A stretch of 40,804 bases of DNA from Escherichia phage mEp234. Location: the sequence record PV340539; one strand, written 5' to 3'. Below, piece after piece: positions 7,900 through 17,593 of the stretch. The translations under genes were made by a program, and so were the position numbers. The notes under the pieces were generated by a model. The model was not told where the DNA came from, ran no database searches, and worked only from the letters and a program-made list of their open reading frames with translations. Numbering within the stretch: position 1 is the stretch's first letter; each line of letters starts with the position of its first letter.

Positions 7900-8131
7900 C
7901 TAACAGCTGTTTAACTTCTTCCAAGACGTACCTTTTGAGGGTGTTTTCAGGATGAGGCTCATGAAAAATGACCAATCTATCAACACGTTGGTTGTAAAAT
8001 TTACGGCCAGAACCTCGTTTAGCATTCAAAAGCTTGAAGCCATACTGGTTCATGAGAGTAACGAACTCATCCCAAGTAAAATTTTTGGGTAAGCCGTCTA
8101 ACTTTGACTTTAGCTTTTCCTTTCTTCCCAC
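7877..8131 (-). CDS. HicA-like (YcfA-fold) toxin-family protein, GTG start
   Basis: 84 aa; '...GFKLLNAKRGSGRKFYNQRVDRLVIFHEPHPENTLKRYVLEEVKQLL' resembles the HicA motif but has GSGR where GS(N/H)H is expected; toxin-first order as in hicAB. Confidence 0.6.
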   Translation of the reverse strand: MGRKEKLKSKLDGLPKNFTWDEFVTLMNQYGFKLLNAKRGSGRKFYNQRVDRLVIFHEPHPENTLKRYVLEEVKQLLDEIDDHE

Positions 8132-8157
8132 GAAGGATACATCCTCTGTTAAAGGTA

Positions 8158-8180
8158 GTGCAACTGAAATCTAGTTGCAA
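8158..8180. promoter_or_regulatory. Imperfect palindrome GTGCAACT-n7-AGTTGCAA upstream of hicA-like start; candidate operator/promoter of the cassette
   Basis: Inverted repeat 7/8 match, ~30 bp upstream of the GTG start at 8131. Confidence 0.3.
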
Positions 8181-8291
8181 GCTATGCTATCTATAGACAA
8201 AATGTTTCATTGTTATATCAGAAGATACCCGATCTGTTTCACCTTCAACTACTATAATTTGTTATAAGCTATCAACCGGTGGAACTGCGAA

Positions 8292-8390
8292 TTAGCCGCT
8301 GGGTGTTGCGTATCCATCGATGATAAACCATGCCATAAACCCCATAGCTACGATGAACACCAAGATCGGAAACACTATACCAATTCTCAT
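8292..8390 (-). CDS. Small hydrophobic ORF (32 aa, single predicted TM helix) between cI and hicA-like
   Basis: RBS AGGGA-n7-ATG; 'MRIGIVFPILVFIVAMGFMAWFIIDGYATPSG'; below ORF-track cutoff. Confidence 0.3.
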   Translation of the reverse strand: MRIGIVFPILVFIVAMGFMAWFIIDGYATPSG

Positions 8391-8494
8391 GATTTTATCC
8401 CTGTCTACCCATGCTTCCTGGGCACCAGCGGCTCGTTACTCGGCATCACCCTTAATCCGCCGCCCCATGTGTTTGTTGTGATCCGTTGCTGGCC

Positions 8495-9211
<717 letters not shown>

Positions 9212-9218
9212 TTAAATC

Positions 9219-9284
9219 TATCACCGCAAGGGATAAATATCTAACACCGTGCGTGTTGACTATTTTACCTCTAGCGGTGATAAT
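9219..9284. promoter_or_regulatory. oR3-oR2-oR1 with divergent pRM and pR, lambda type
   Basis: oR3 'TATCACCGCAAGGGATA', oR2 'TAACACCGTGCGTGTTG', oR1 'TACCTCTAGCGGTGATA' (one base differs from my recollection of lambda oR1); pR -35 TTGACT / -10 GATAAT. Confidence 0.9.
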
Positions 9285-9299
9285 GGTTGCATGTACTAA

Positions 9300-9509
<210 letters not shown>

Positions 9510-9516
9510 GTAACAC

Positions 9517-9562
9517 CGCTCTTTTCACAATGGACATTCGTCCTACGTCGCTGACAAAGCGA
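9517..9562 (+). promoter_or_regulatory. nutR: boxA-like 'CGCTCTTTT' and boxB hairpin 'TCGCTGACAAAGCGA'
   Basis: boxA consensus-like element 22 nt upstream of a 5-bp stem / GACAA-loop hairpin, right after cro. Confidence 0.6.
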
Positions 9563-9647
9563 GTCCCAATATATCTGACCAACTAAGGCCATATGCGTTT
9601 CCACGCATACCTTTCAACTAACTATTCACTATTGGAAATCTTAAGAA

Positions 9648-9944
9648 ATGGAAAGAACAAGTTACAGCAAACTATCACAGCGTGACGTTGATCGCGCAGA
9701 AACAGATTTACTCATCAACCTGTCAACGCTTACCCAGCGCGGTCTGGCAAAGATGATTGGCTGTCATGAATCGAAGATAAGCAGAACGGACTGGAGATTT
9801 ATTGCTTCGGTCTTGTGTGCTTTTGGAATGGCATCAGACATCAGTCCGATTAGCAGGGCTTTTAAGTATGCGCTTGATGAAATCACAAAGAAAAAATCCC
9901 CGGCCGCCACCGAGGATTTTAAGCAAATTGATATGCAATTCTGA
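9648..9944 (+). CDS. cII: CII-family transcriptional activator
   Basis: 98 aa; HTH '...GLAKMIGCHESKISRTDW...' and C-terminus '...KKKSPAATEDFKQIDMQF' resemble lambda CII ('...KKRPAATERSEQIQMEF'). Confidence 0.7.
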   Translation: MERTSYSKLSQRDVDRAETDLLINLSTLTQRGLAKMIGCHESKISRTDWRFIASVLCAFGMASDISPISRAFKYALDEITKKKSPAATEDFKQIDMQF

Positions 9945-9976
9945 GGGAATTACTGGATCAATCCACAGGAGTAATT

Positions 9977-10141
9977 ATGACAAAACGTCGTAAGAAATAC
10001 CAGGAAAAAGAAGAGATTCGACACCCTGATTCACCTGAGGGATTAGTGGTAGCCGCAGCAAATAACAGGGCGTTCGCAGAGCGCCTTGTTGGTGTTTACA
10101 GACTAGCCAAAGCAGGAGTGAAGCATGGGCGTCGTTAAGTT
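9977..10141 (+). CDS. Small basic ORF (54 aa) between cII and the replication initiator
   Basis: RBS AGGAG-n7-ATG; 'MTKRRKKYQEKEEIRHPDSPEGLVVAAANNRAFAERLVGVYRLAKAGVKHGRR'; overlaps initiator start by 17 nt. Confidence 0.35.
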
Positions 10142-11015
10142 AGCTGATTACAGGCATAACCCTGTACAACATCAGGAGGCATCCAGTATGGGGTATGTCT
10201 CTATACACCGCCAGTTTATGGACAGCAGGCTCTATAAGGACTCTCAGGCAGTACATCTTTGGCTTCACTTAATCCTCAAGGCTAATCACGAATCTACTGT
10301 CGTCAATACGGATATCGGTCCGATAACTGTTGATCGCGGTCAGATGATAACTGGACGCCCGTCGCTGGTCAGAGAAACATTCATCCCCGACAACAAAGTT
10401 CGGAGCTTATTACGGACTTTTGAGTCGAAAGGGATGCTTAATATTTGCTCGATGGGGAAGAAATTTAGCCTGTTTACAATCGTTAAATATGACGATTTTC
10501 AGGCAAAAAATTGTCCAACGGTTGTCCAACGGTTGTCCAACGCAAACACCAGTAATGGCGCGGATCTCAGCGGAGATTGTCCAACGGTTGTCCAACGGTT
10601 GTCCATAAACAATAATATAAATAATATCTCTAATACTGACGTATTAGAGAGTGCCACAGCAGACAAAAAGTCTGACAAGAAAAAACCTTCCGTTAGCTGT
10701 CAGGATGTTGTCGATGCTTACCACGAAATCCTTCCTGAAGCGCCAAGAATCCGCGCACTGAATGACAAGCGTAAAAACCAGATCCGAACGTTCTGGCGCA
10801 AAGCCGGAGTGATAACCCGTCAGCTTGACGGGCATGGGTTCACGATGCAGGACTGGAGAAATTATTTGAGCTACGTAGGCGAAAATTGCCGATGGATGTT
10901 CGAAGAGCGCCCAAACCATCAACGCGGAACCGTCTGGCACAAAAAGGGATTTGATTTCCTGCTTAACGATAATACCTACCTGAAAGTTCGTGAGGGTGAA
11001 CACGATGACCGATAA
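10125..11015 (+). CDS. Replication initiator (O-like replisome organiser) with internal ori iterons
   Basis: 296 aa; good RBS; iterons and AT-rich tract inside the gene as in lambda O; followed by helicase gene. Confidence 0.75.
   Translation: MGVVKLADYRHNPVQHQEASSMGYVSIHRQFMDSRLYKDSQAVHLWLHLILKANHESTVVNTDIGPITVDRGQMITGRPSLVRETFIPDNKVRSLLRTFESKGMLNICSMGKKFSLFTIVKYDDFQAKNCPTVVQRLSNANTSNGADLSGDCPTVVQRLSINNNINNISNTDVLESATADKKSDKKKPSVSCQDVVDAYHEILPEAPRIRALNDKRKNQIRTFWRKAGVITRQLDGHGFTMQDWRNYLSYVGENCRWMFEERPNHQRGTVWHKKGFDFLLNDNTYLKVREGEHDDR
10511..10606 (+). repeat. Origin iterons: TTGTCCAACGG x3, 33-bp spacer, x2.7, followed by AT-rich tract (10607-10640)
   Basis: Perfect 11-bp tandem repeats read directly in sequence, inside the initiator gene. 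Confidence 0.85.
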
Positions 11016-12441
11016 TTTTTATGCGCCGCCCCATAGTATCGAGGCAGAGCAGGCGGTGATTGGTGGATTGCTTCTGGATGATGACAGCAGTGAGCGCGTC
11101 CAGAAAGTTCTGGCGATACTGAAGCCTGATTCATTTTACAGCCGACCACACAAAATCCTTTTCGAAGAAATAACCAGAATGCACCGGGAGCAAAAGCCAG
11201 TAGATGGGCTGACGCTTTTCGATGAACTGGAGCGCAAATCGTTAACGGCGTCTGTTGGCGGTTTTGCTTATATCGCTGAGATCGCAAAGAACACGCCAAG
11301 CGCAGCAAACATCGTTGCCTATGCAATGCAGGTTCGTGAAACCGCAATGGAACGCTACGCCATCAACCGCATGACTGAAGCGACGGAATTGCTCTATTCC
11401 CGCAACGGAATGACTGCAACGCAGAAGTACGAAGCTATTCAGTCGATTTTCACGCAACTGACAGACCATGCAAAAACCGGATCGCGTCGCGGCCTTCGCT
11501 CATTTGGTGAGGTCATGGAAGACTGGGTTAGCGACCTTGAGAAGCGATTTGACCCGTCAGGCGAACAACGAGGAATGAGCACAGGGATCCCATCGTTGGA
11601 CAGGATGCTGTCACCGAAAGGTCTGGTAAAAGGCTCTCTGTTTGTCATTGGCGCTCGCCCTAAGATGGGGAAAACGACGCTATACAGCCAGATGGCAATC
11701 AACTGCGCAGTGCATGAGAAAAAGCCCGCTCTGATGTTCAGCCTTGAAATGCCAGGTGACCAGATACTGGAAAAACTGGTGGGACAGAAGTCAGGTGTTA
11801 ACCCGAATATTTTTTACCTTCCGGCGACAAATGACGCTGATGACGGCTATCAGGGTGATTACGATGGTGACTTCAACAGGGCGATCGAGACAGCCAATCG
11901 CTTGAGTGAAATCGACCTGCTTTACATCGACGACACGCCGGGATTATCTCTGGCTCAAATCGTCAGCGAAAGCCGTCGAATCAAACGAGAAAAAGGATGC
12001 GTTGGCATGATTCTGGTCGATTACCTGACGCTAATGACCGCTGAAAAGGCCGATCGCAACGACCTTGCATACGGCATGATCACCAAAGGACTGAAGAACC
12101 TTGCCAAAGAGCTTGATTGCGTTGTTGTGCTTCTGACACAGCTTAACCGCGCATTGGAAAGCCGAACCAATAAACGCCCATTACCATGTGACTCGCGCGA
12201 TACAGGGCAGATTGAACAGGATTGCGATTATTGGGTGGGGATCCATCGGGAAGGTGCTTTTGATGACAGTGTTCCACCTGGTGAAACCGAACTAATCCTT
12301 CGTCTCAACCGTCATGGCAATACCGGCACGGTGTATTGCATTCAGGCAAATGGCGCTATTTATGACACAGACCAACAGTCTGCTGAAATGCGCCGCCGTG
12401 AACGCGAGGAACCGCAATCCAAGAAGAAAGGAGGATTCTGA
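11005..12441 (+). CDS. Replicative DNA helicase, DnaB family (P22 gp12-like)
   Basis: Walker A 'GARPKMGKT', N-terminal DnaB-like 'SIEAEQAVIGGLLLD'; ATG at 11005 overlaps initiator stop. Confidence 0.9.
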   Translation: MTDNFYAPPHSIEAEQAVIGGLLLDDDSSERVQKVLAILKPDSFYSRPHKILFEEITRMHREQKPVDGLTLFDELERKSLTASVGGFAYIAEIAKNTPSAANIVAYAMQVRETAMERYAINRMTEATELLYSRNGMTATQKYEAIQSIFTQLTDHAKTGSRRGLRSFGEVMEDWVSDLEKRFDPSGEQRGMSTGIPSLDRMLSPKGLVKGSLFVIGARPKMGKTTLYSQMAINCAVHEKKPALMFSLEMPGDQILEKLVGQKSGVNPNIFYLPATNDADDGYQGDYDGDFNRAIETANRLSEIDLLYIDDTPGLSLAQIVSESRRIKREKGCVGMILVDYLTLMTAEKADRNDLAYGMITKGLKNLAKELDCVVVLLTQLNRALESRTNKRPLPCDSRDTGQIEQDCDYWVGIHREGAFDDSVPPGETELILRLNRHGNTGTVYCIQANGAIYDTDQQSAEMRRREREEPQSKKKGGF

Positions 12442-12521
12442 TGACCATCTACATCACTGAGCTAATAACAGGCCTGCTGGTAATCGCAGGCCTTTTTATT
12501 TGGGGGAGAGGGAAGTCATGA
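12441..12521 (+). CDS. Small hydrophobic ORF (26 aa) translationally coupled between helicase and ninB
   Basis: RBS AGGAGG; TGATG overlap with helicase stop, ATGA overlap with ninB start; '[26 protein letters not shown]'. Confidence 0.35.
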   Translation: MTIYITELITGLLVIAGLFIWGRGKS

Positions 12522-12958
12522 AAAAACTAACCTTTGAAATTCGATCTCCGGCACATCAGCAAAACGCTATTCACGCGGTACAGCAAATTCTTCCAGACCC
12601 AACCAAACCAATCGTAGTAACCATTCAGGAACGCAACCGCAGCTTAGACCAAAACAGGAAGCTATGGGCCTGCTTAGGTGACGTCTCTCGTCAGGTTGAA
12701 TGGCATGGTCGCTGGCTGGATGCAGAAAGCTGGAAGTGTGTTTTTACAGCAGCATTAAAGCAGCAGGACGTTGTTCCTAACCTTGCCGGGAATGGCTTTG
12801 TGGTAATAGGCCAGTCAACCAGCAGGATGCGTGTAAGCGAATTTGCGGAGTTATTAGAGCTTATACAGGCATTCGGTACAGAGCGTGGCGTTAAGTGGTC
12901 AGACGAAGCGCGACTGGCTCTGGAGTGGAAAGCGAGATGGGGAGACAAGGCTGCATGA
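12518..12958 (+). CDS. ninB: NinB recombination protein, lambda type
   Basis: '[56 protein letters not shown]...' near-identical to lambda NinB as recalled. Confidence 0.93.
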   Translation: MKKLTFEIRSPAHQQNAIHAVQQILPDPTKPIVVTIQERNRSLDQNRKLWACLGDVSRQVEWHGRWLDAESWKCVFTAALKQQDVVPNLAGNGFVVIGQSTSRMRVSEFAELLELIQAFGTERGVKWSDEARLALEWKARWGDKAA

Positions 12959-13131
12959 GACGACAGCGACGAAGTATCACCGACATCATCTGTGAAAACT
13001 GCAAATACCTTCCAACGAAACGCTCCAGAAATAAACGCAAGCCAATCCCAAAAGAATCTGACGTAAAAACCTTCAACTACACGGCTCACCTGTGGGATAT
13101 CCGGTGGCTAAGACATCGTGCGAGGAAATGA
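12955..13131 (+). CDS. ninD: NinD, lambda type
   Basis: 58 aa '[58 protein letters not shown]'; ATGA-coupled to ninB. Confidence 0.85.
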   Translation: MRRQRRSITDIICENCKYLPTKRSRNKRKPIPKESDVKTFNYTAHLWDIRWLRHRARK

Positions 13132-13496
13132 CAATGGATTATTCACAGTTAAGTGATTTTGAAATTAACAAGCGAGTGGCAATTTGCTGTGGATTTGCTC
13201 CCGAAGATTGCGAAATCGCAAAGTTGGGAACATCAATCGTTGGTGTTGAGTGGGATGACGAAACTGGTTATGCAATAAAAACGGTTGATTACTGTAAAAG
13301 ACCATCAGACGCATGGCCGATTATCACTGAAAACAACATCAGCATAATTTTAGACAATCCCTCAATGCCGTGCGCTACAGACAACGCAAGGGACTTGTTT
13401 GATGATGCCGGACCGAATGTTGGTGTCGCATATGACAATCCACTCCGTGCCGCCATGATTGTCTTTCTCATGATTCAGGACGCCAATAATGCTTAG
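13128..13496 (+). CDS. Nin-region protein of unknown function (NinX/DUF-type)
   Basis: 122 aa from '[23 protein letters not shown]...'; ATGA-coupled to ninD. Confidence 0.6.
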   Translation: MTMDYSQLSDFEINKRVAICCGFAPEDCEIAKLGTSIVGVEWDDETGYAIKTVDYCKRPSDAWPIITENNISIILDNPSMPCATDNARDLFDDAGPNVGVAYDNPLRAAMIVFLMIQDANNA

Positions 13497-13665
13497 CCCA
13501 TCCCAATCCCTTCAATACCAGAAAGAAAGCGTCGAGCGGGCATTAACGTGCGCTAACTGCGGTCAGAAGTTGCATGTGCTGGAAGTTCACGTGTGTGAGC
13601 ACTGCTGCGCAGAACTGATGAGCGATCCGAATAGCTCAATGTACGAGGAAGAAGACGATGGCTAA
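13489..13665 (+). CDS. ninF: NinF, lambda type
   Basis: 58 aa '[58 protein letters not shown]'; below ORF-track cutoff. Confidence 0.8.
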   Translation: MLSPSQSLQYQKESVERALTCANCGQKLHVLEVHVCEHCCAELMSDPNSSMYEEEDDG

Positions 13666-14269
13666 ACCAGCGCGAAGACGATGTAAAAACGATGAATGTC
13701 GGGAATGGTTTCACCCTGCATTCGCCAATCAGTGGTGGTGCTCTCCAGAGTGTGGAACCAAGATAGCACTCGAACGACGAAGTAAAGAACGCGAAAAAGC
13801 GGAAAAAGCAGCAGAGAAGAAACGACGACGAGAGGAGCAGAAACAGAAAGATAAACTTAAGATTCGAAAACTCGCCTTAAAGCCCCGCAGTTACTGGATT
13901 AAACAAGCCCAACAAGCCGTAAACGCCTTCATCAGAGAAAGAGACCGCGACTTACCATGTATCTCGTGCGGAACGCTCACGTCTGCTCAGTGGGATGCCG
14001 GACATTACCGGACAACTGCTGCGGCACCTCAACTCCGATTTGATGAACGCAATATTCACAAGCAATGCGTGGTGTGCAACCAGCACAAAAGCGGAAATCT
14101 CGTTCCGTATCGCGTCGAACTGATTAATCGCATCGGGCAGGAAGCAGTAGACGAAATCGAATCAAACCATAACCGCCATCGCTGGACTGTCGAAGAGTGC
14201 AGGGCCATCAAGGCGGAGTATCAGCAGAAACTCAAAGACCTGCGAAATAGCAGAAGTGAGGCCGCATGA
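13658..14269 (+). CDS. ninG: NinG (Rap) recombination endonuclease, lambda type
   Basis: 203 aa '[41 protein letters not shown]...'. Confidence 0.92.
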   Translation: MAKPARRRCKNDECREWFHPAFANQWWCSPECGTKIALERRSKEREKAEKAAEKKRRREEQKQKDKLKIRKLALKPRSYWIKQAQQAVNAFIRERDRDLPCISCGTLTSAQWDAGHYRTTAAAPQLRFDERNIHKQCVVCNQHKSGNLVPYRVELINRIGQEAVDEIESNHNRHRWTVEECRAIKAEYQQKLKDLRNSRSEAA

Positions 14270-14472
14270 CGTTCTCAGTAAAAACCATTCCAGACATGCT
14301 CGTTGAAGCATACGGAAACCAGACAGAAGTAGCACGCAGACTGAAATGTAGTCGCGGTACGGTCAGAAAATACGTTGATGATAAAGACGGGAAAATGCAC
14401 GCCATCGTCAACGACGTTCTCATGGTTCATCGCGGATGGAGTGAAAGAGATGCGCTATTACGAAAAAATTGA
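14266..14472 (+). CDS. ninH: NinH, lambda type
   Basis: 68 aa '[39 protein letters not shown]...'. Confidence 0.85.
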   Translation: MTFSVKTIPDMLVEAYGNQTEVARRLKCSRGTVRKYVDDKDGKMHAIVNDVLMVHRGWSERDALLRKN

Positions 14473-15115
14473 TGGCAGCAAATACCGAAATATTTGGGTA
14501 GTTGGCGATCTGCACGGATGCTACACGAACCTGATGAAAAAACTGGAGACGATAGGATTCGACACCAAAAAAGACCTGCTTATCTCGGTTGGCGATTTGG
14601 TCGATCGCGGTACAGAGAACGTCGAATGCCTGGAATTAATCACATTCCCCTGGTTCAGAGCTGTACGTGGAAACCATGAGCAAATGATGATTGATGGCTT
14701 ATCAGAGCGCGGAAACGTCAATCACTGGATGCTTAATGGCGGTGGCTGGTTCTTTAATCTCGATTACGACAAAGAAATTCTGGCTAAAGCTCTTGCCCAT
14801 AAAGCAGATGAACTTCCGTTAATCATCGAACTGGTGAGCAAAGATAAAAAATATGTCATCTGCCACGCCGATTATCCTTGTGACGAATACGAGTTTGGAA
14901 AGCCAGTTGATCATCAGCAGGTAATCTGGAACCGCGAACGAATCAGCAACTCACAAAACGGGATCGTGAAAGAAATCAAAGGCGCGGACACGTTCATCTT
15001 TGGTCATACGCCAGCAGTGAAACCACTCAAGTTTGCCAACCAAATGTATATCGATACCGGCGCAGTGTTCTGCGGAAACCTAACATTGATTCAGGTACAG
15101 GGAGAAGGCGCATGA
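14450..15115 (+). CDS. ninI: Ser/Thr protein phosphatase (lambda NinI / PPase)
   Basis: 221 aa from '[24 protein letters not shown]...GDLVDRG...GNHE' metallophosphatase motifs. Confidence 0.93.
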   Translation: MRYYEKIDGSKYRNIWVVGDLHGCYTNLMKKLETIGFDTKKDLLISVGDLVDRGTENVECLELITFPWFRAVRGNHEQMMIDGLSERGNVNHWMLNGGGWFFNLDYDKEILAKALAHKADELPLIIELVSKDKKYVICHADYPCDEYEFGKPVDHQQVIWNRERISNSQNGIVKEIKGADTFIFGHTPAVKPLKFANQMYIDTGAVFCGNLTLIQVQGEGA

Positions 15116-15735
15116 GACTCGAAAGCGTAGCTAAATTTCATTCGCCAAAAAGCCCGATGATGAGCGACTCACCACGGGCCACGGCTTCTGACTCTCTTTC
15201 CGGTACTGATGTGATGGCTGCTATGGGGATGGCGCAATCACAAGCCGGATTCGGTATGGCTGCATTCTTCGGTAAGCACGAACTCAGCCAGAACGACAAA
15301 CAAAAGGCTATCAACTATCTGATGCAATTTGCACACAAGGTATCGGGGAAATACCGTGGTGTGGCAAAGCTTGAAGGAAATACTAAGGCAAAGGTACTGC
15401 AAGTGCTCGCAACATTCGCTTATGCGGATTATTGCCGTAGTGCCGCGACGCCGGGGGCAAGATGCAGAGATTGCCATGGTACAGGCCGCGCGGTTGATAT
15501 AGCAAAAACAGAGCAGTGGGGGAGAGTTGTTGAGAAAGAGTGCGGAAGATGCAAAGGTGTCGGCTATTCAAGGATGCCAGCAAGCGCCGCATATCGCGCT
15601 GTAACGATGCTAATCCCAAACCTTACTCAACCCACCTGGTCACGCACTGTTAAGCCGCTGTATGACGCTCTGGTGGTGCAATGCCACAAGGAAGAGTCAA
15701 TCGCAGACAATATCTTGAATGCGGTCACACGTTAG
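15112..15735 (+). CDS. Q: Q late-gene antiterminator, lambda type
   Basis: 207 aa '[29 protein letters not shown]...[12 protein letters not shown]...CGRCKGVGY' as in lambda Q. Confidence 0.93.
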   Translation: MRLESVAKFHSPKSPMMSDSPRATASDSLSGTDVMAAMGMAQSQAGFGMAAFFGKHELSQNDKQKAINYLMQFAHKVSGKYRGVAKLEGNTKAKVLQVLATFAYADYCRSAATPGARCRDCHGTGRAVDIAKTEQWGRVVEKECGRCKGVGYSRMPASAAYRAVTMLIPNLTQPTWSRTVKPLYDALVVQCHKEESIADNILNAVTR

Positions 15736-15777
15736 CAGCATGATTGCCACGGATGGCAACATATTAACGGCATGATA

Positions 15778-15806
15778 TTGACTTTTTGAATAAAGTTGGG
15801 TAAATT
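15778..15806 (+). promoter_or_regulatory. pR' late promoter (-35 TTGACT, -10 TAAATT) with overlapping qut region
   Basis: 'ttgactttttgaataaagttgggtaaatttgacatcaacgatgg' closely resembles lambda pR'. Confidence 0.8.
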
Positions 15807-15843
15807 TGACATCAACGATGGATAAATTCACTCGTTAAATAAA

Positions 15844-15874
15844 GCCCTGAGTTAATATCTCGGGGTTTTTTGCG
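15844..15874 (+). terminator. tR' intrinsic terminator very close to pR' (short 6S-like transcript)
   Basis: Hairpin 'gccctgag-ttaatat-ctcgggg' (one G.U) + TTTTTTG, ~40-60 nt after the predicted start. Confidence 0.6.
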
Positions 15875-16169
15875 TTTTAAGCACGGCCTTTCTGAAAGCA
15901 CATCAAACCAAATACCAGACAGACAAAAATAATCAACTTATCCGCTGTGGCTACGGTGCGGTGTGCTTTGCATAAAAGAAAACCAGCGCAATGGCTGGCT
16001 TCGTGAAAGCGGGTGGCATGAGGTTGCCCTAACAACCTCCTGCCGTTTTGCCCGTGCATATCGGTCACGAACAAATCTGATTACTAAACACAGTAGCCTG
16101 GATTTGTTCTATCAGTAATCGACCTTATTCCTAATTAAATAGAGCAAATCCCCTTATTGGGGGTAAGAC

Positions 16170-16493
16170 ATGAAGATGCCAGAAAAAAATGACCTGTTAG
16201 CCGCCATTCTCGCGGCAAAGGAACAAGGCATCGGGGCAATCCTTGCGTTTGCAATGGCGTACCTTCGCGGCAGATATAATGGCGGTGCGTTTACAAAAAC
16301 AGTAATCGACGCAACGATGTGCGCCATTATCGCCTGGTTCATTCGTGACCTTCTCGGCTTCGCCGGACTAAGTAGCAATCTCGCTTATATAACGAGCGTG
16401 TTTATCGGCTACATCGGTACTGACTCGATTGGTTCGCTTATCAAACGCTTCGCTGCTAAAAAAGCCGGAGTAGAAGATGGTGGGAATCAATAA
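16170..16493 (+). CDS. S: Holin S (class I, dual-start MKM), lambda type
   Basis: 107 aa '[62 protein letters not shown]...'. Confidence 0.95.
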   Translation: MKMPEKNDLLAAILAAKEQGIGAILAFAMAYLRGRYNGGAFTKTVIDATMCAIIAWFIRDLLGFAGLSSNLAYITSVFIGYIGTDSIGSLIKRFAAKKAGVEDGGNQ

Positions 16494-16953
16494 TCAACGT
16501 AAGGCGTTCCTCGATATGCTGGCATGGTCAGAAGGAACGGATAACGGACGGCAGAAAACCAGAAATCATGGTTATGACGTCATTGTAGGCGGAGAGCTAT
16601 TTACTGATTACTCCGATCACCCTCGCAAGCTTGTCACGCTAAACCCCAAACTCAAATCAACAGCAGCCGGACGTTATCAGCTTCTTTCACGCTGGTGGGA
16701 TGCTTACCGTAAGCAGCTTGGCCTGAAAGACTTCTCCCCCAAAAGCCAGGACGCAGTGGCATTGCAGCAGATTAAAGAACGTGGCGCTTTACCGATGATT
16801 GATCGCGGTGATATCCGTCAGGCAATCGACCGTTGCAGCAATATCTGGGCTTCACTGCCGGGGGCTGGTTATGGTCAGTTCGAGCATAAGGCTGATAACC
16901 TGATTGCAAAATTCAAAGAAGCTGGCGGAATGGTCAGAGAGATTGAGGTATGA
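16477..16953 (+). CDS. R: Endolysin R (lytic transglycosylase), lambda type
   Basis: 158 aa '...[48 protein letters not shown]...'. Confidence 0.95.
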   Translation: MVGINNQRKAFLDMLAWSEGTDNGRQKTRNHGYDVIVGGELFTDYSDHPRKLVTLNPKLKSTAAGRYQLLSRWWDAYRKQLGLKDFSPKSQDAVALQQIKERGALPMIDRGDIRQAIDRCSNIWASLPGAGYGQFEHKADNLIAKFKEAGGMVREIEV

Positions 16954-17387
16954 GCAGAGTAACCGCGATTATCTCCGCTCTGGTTATCTGCATCATCGTC
17001 TGCCTGTCATGGGCGGTTAATCATTACCGTGATAACGCCATTACCTACAAAGAGCAGCGCGATAAGGCCACATCCACAATCGCTGACATGCAGAAGCGTC
17101 AACATGATGTAGCAGAACTCGACGCCAGATACACAAAGGAGCTTGCTGATGCTAACGCGACTATCGAAAGTCTCCGTGCTGATGTTTCTGCTGGGCGTAA
17201 GCGCCTGCAAGTCGCCGCCACCTGTGCAAAGTCAACGACCGGAGCCAGCAGCATGGGCGATGGAGAAAGCCCAGGACTTACAGCAGATGCTGAACTCAAT
17301 TATTACCGTCTCCGAAGTGGAATCGACAAGATAACCGCGCAGGTTAACTACCTGCAGGAATACATCAGGACGCAATGCCTGAAATAA
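16950..17387 (+). CDS. Rz: Rz i-spanin
   Basis: 145 aa, N-terminal TM '[34 protein letters not shown]' as in lambda Rz, divergent C-terminal half. Confidence 0.9.
   Translation: MSRVTAIISALVICIIVCLSWAVNHYRDNAITYKEQRDKATSTIADMQKRQHDVAELDARYTKELADANATIESLRADVSAGRKRLQVAATCAKSTTGASSMGDGESPGLTADAELNYYRLRSGIDKITAQVNYLQEYIRTQCLK
17143..17334 (+). CDS. Rz1: Rz1 o-spanin lipoprotein embedded in +1 frame of Rz
   Basis: Lipobox 'LLGVSAC' and Pro-rich mature region; fully nested in Rz. Confidence 0.8.
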   Translation: MLMLTRLSKVSVLMFLLGVSACKSPPPVQSQRPEPAAWAMEKAQDLQQMLNSIITVSEVESTR

Positions 17388-17419
17388 TTTTTTTGCAAAT
17401 CACAAAGTCAATTTAATGA

Positions 17420-17442
17420 GCCTCGCGATGCGGGGCTTTTTT
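17420..17442 (+). terminator. Intrinsic terminator after lysis cassette
   Basis: Hairpin 'gcctcgc-gat-gcggggc' + TTTTTT. Confidence 0.5.
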
Positions 17443-17593
17443 ACATCTGCAGTAAACCGCGCATTCTCGTGCGCATATCAACCAAGAGCTTTTCGGGATA
17501 TGAGACAGAGACAGGACGGTGGCTTACATCGTGCCGCTCTTGGGCTGTCCATGTCTGCGAGAACTGGCTCATATCACCAAAAAGGTAAATACG

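Noticed and set aside
10511-10606. Tandem 11-bp repeats considered as a possible CRISPR or other array
   Set aside because: Repeats are contiguous without unique spacers and lie inside the replication initiator gene next to an AT-rich tract, which fits ori iterons.
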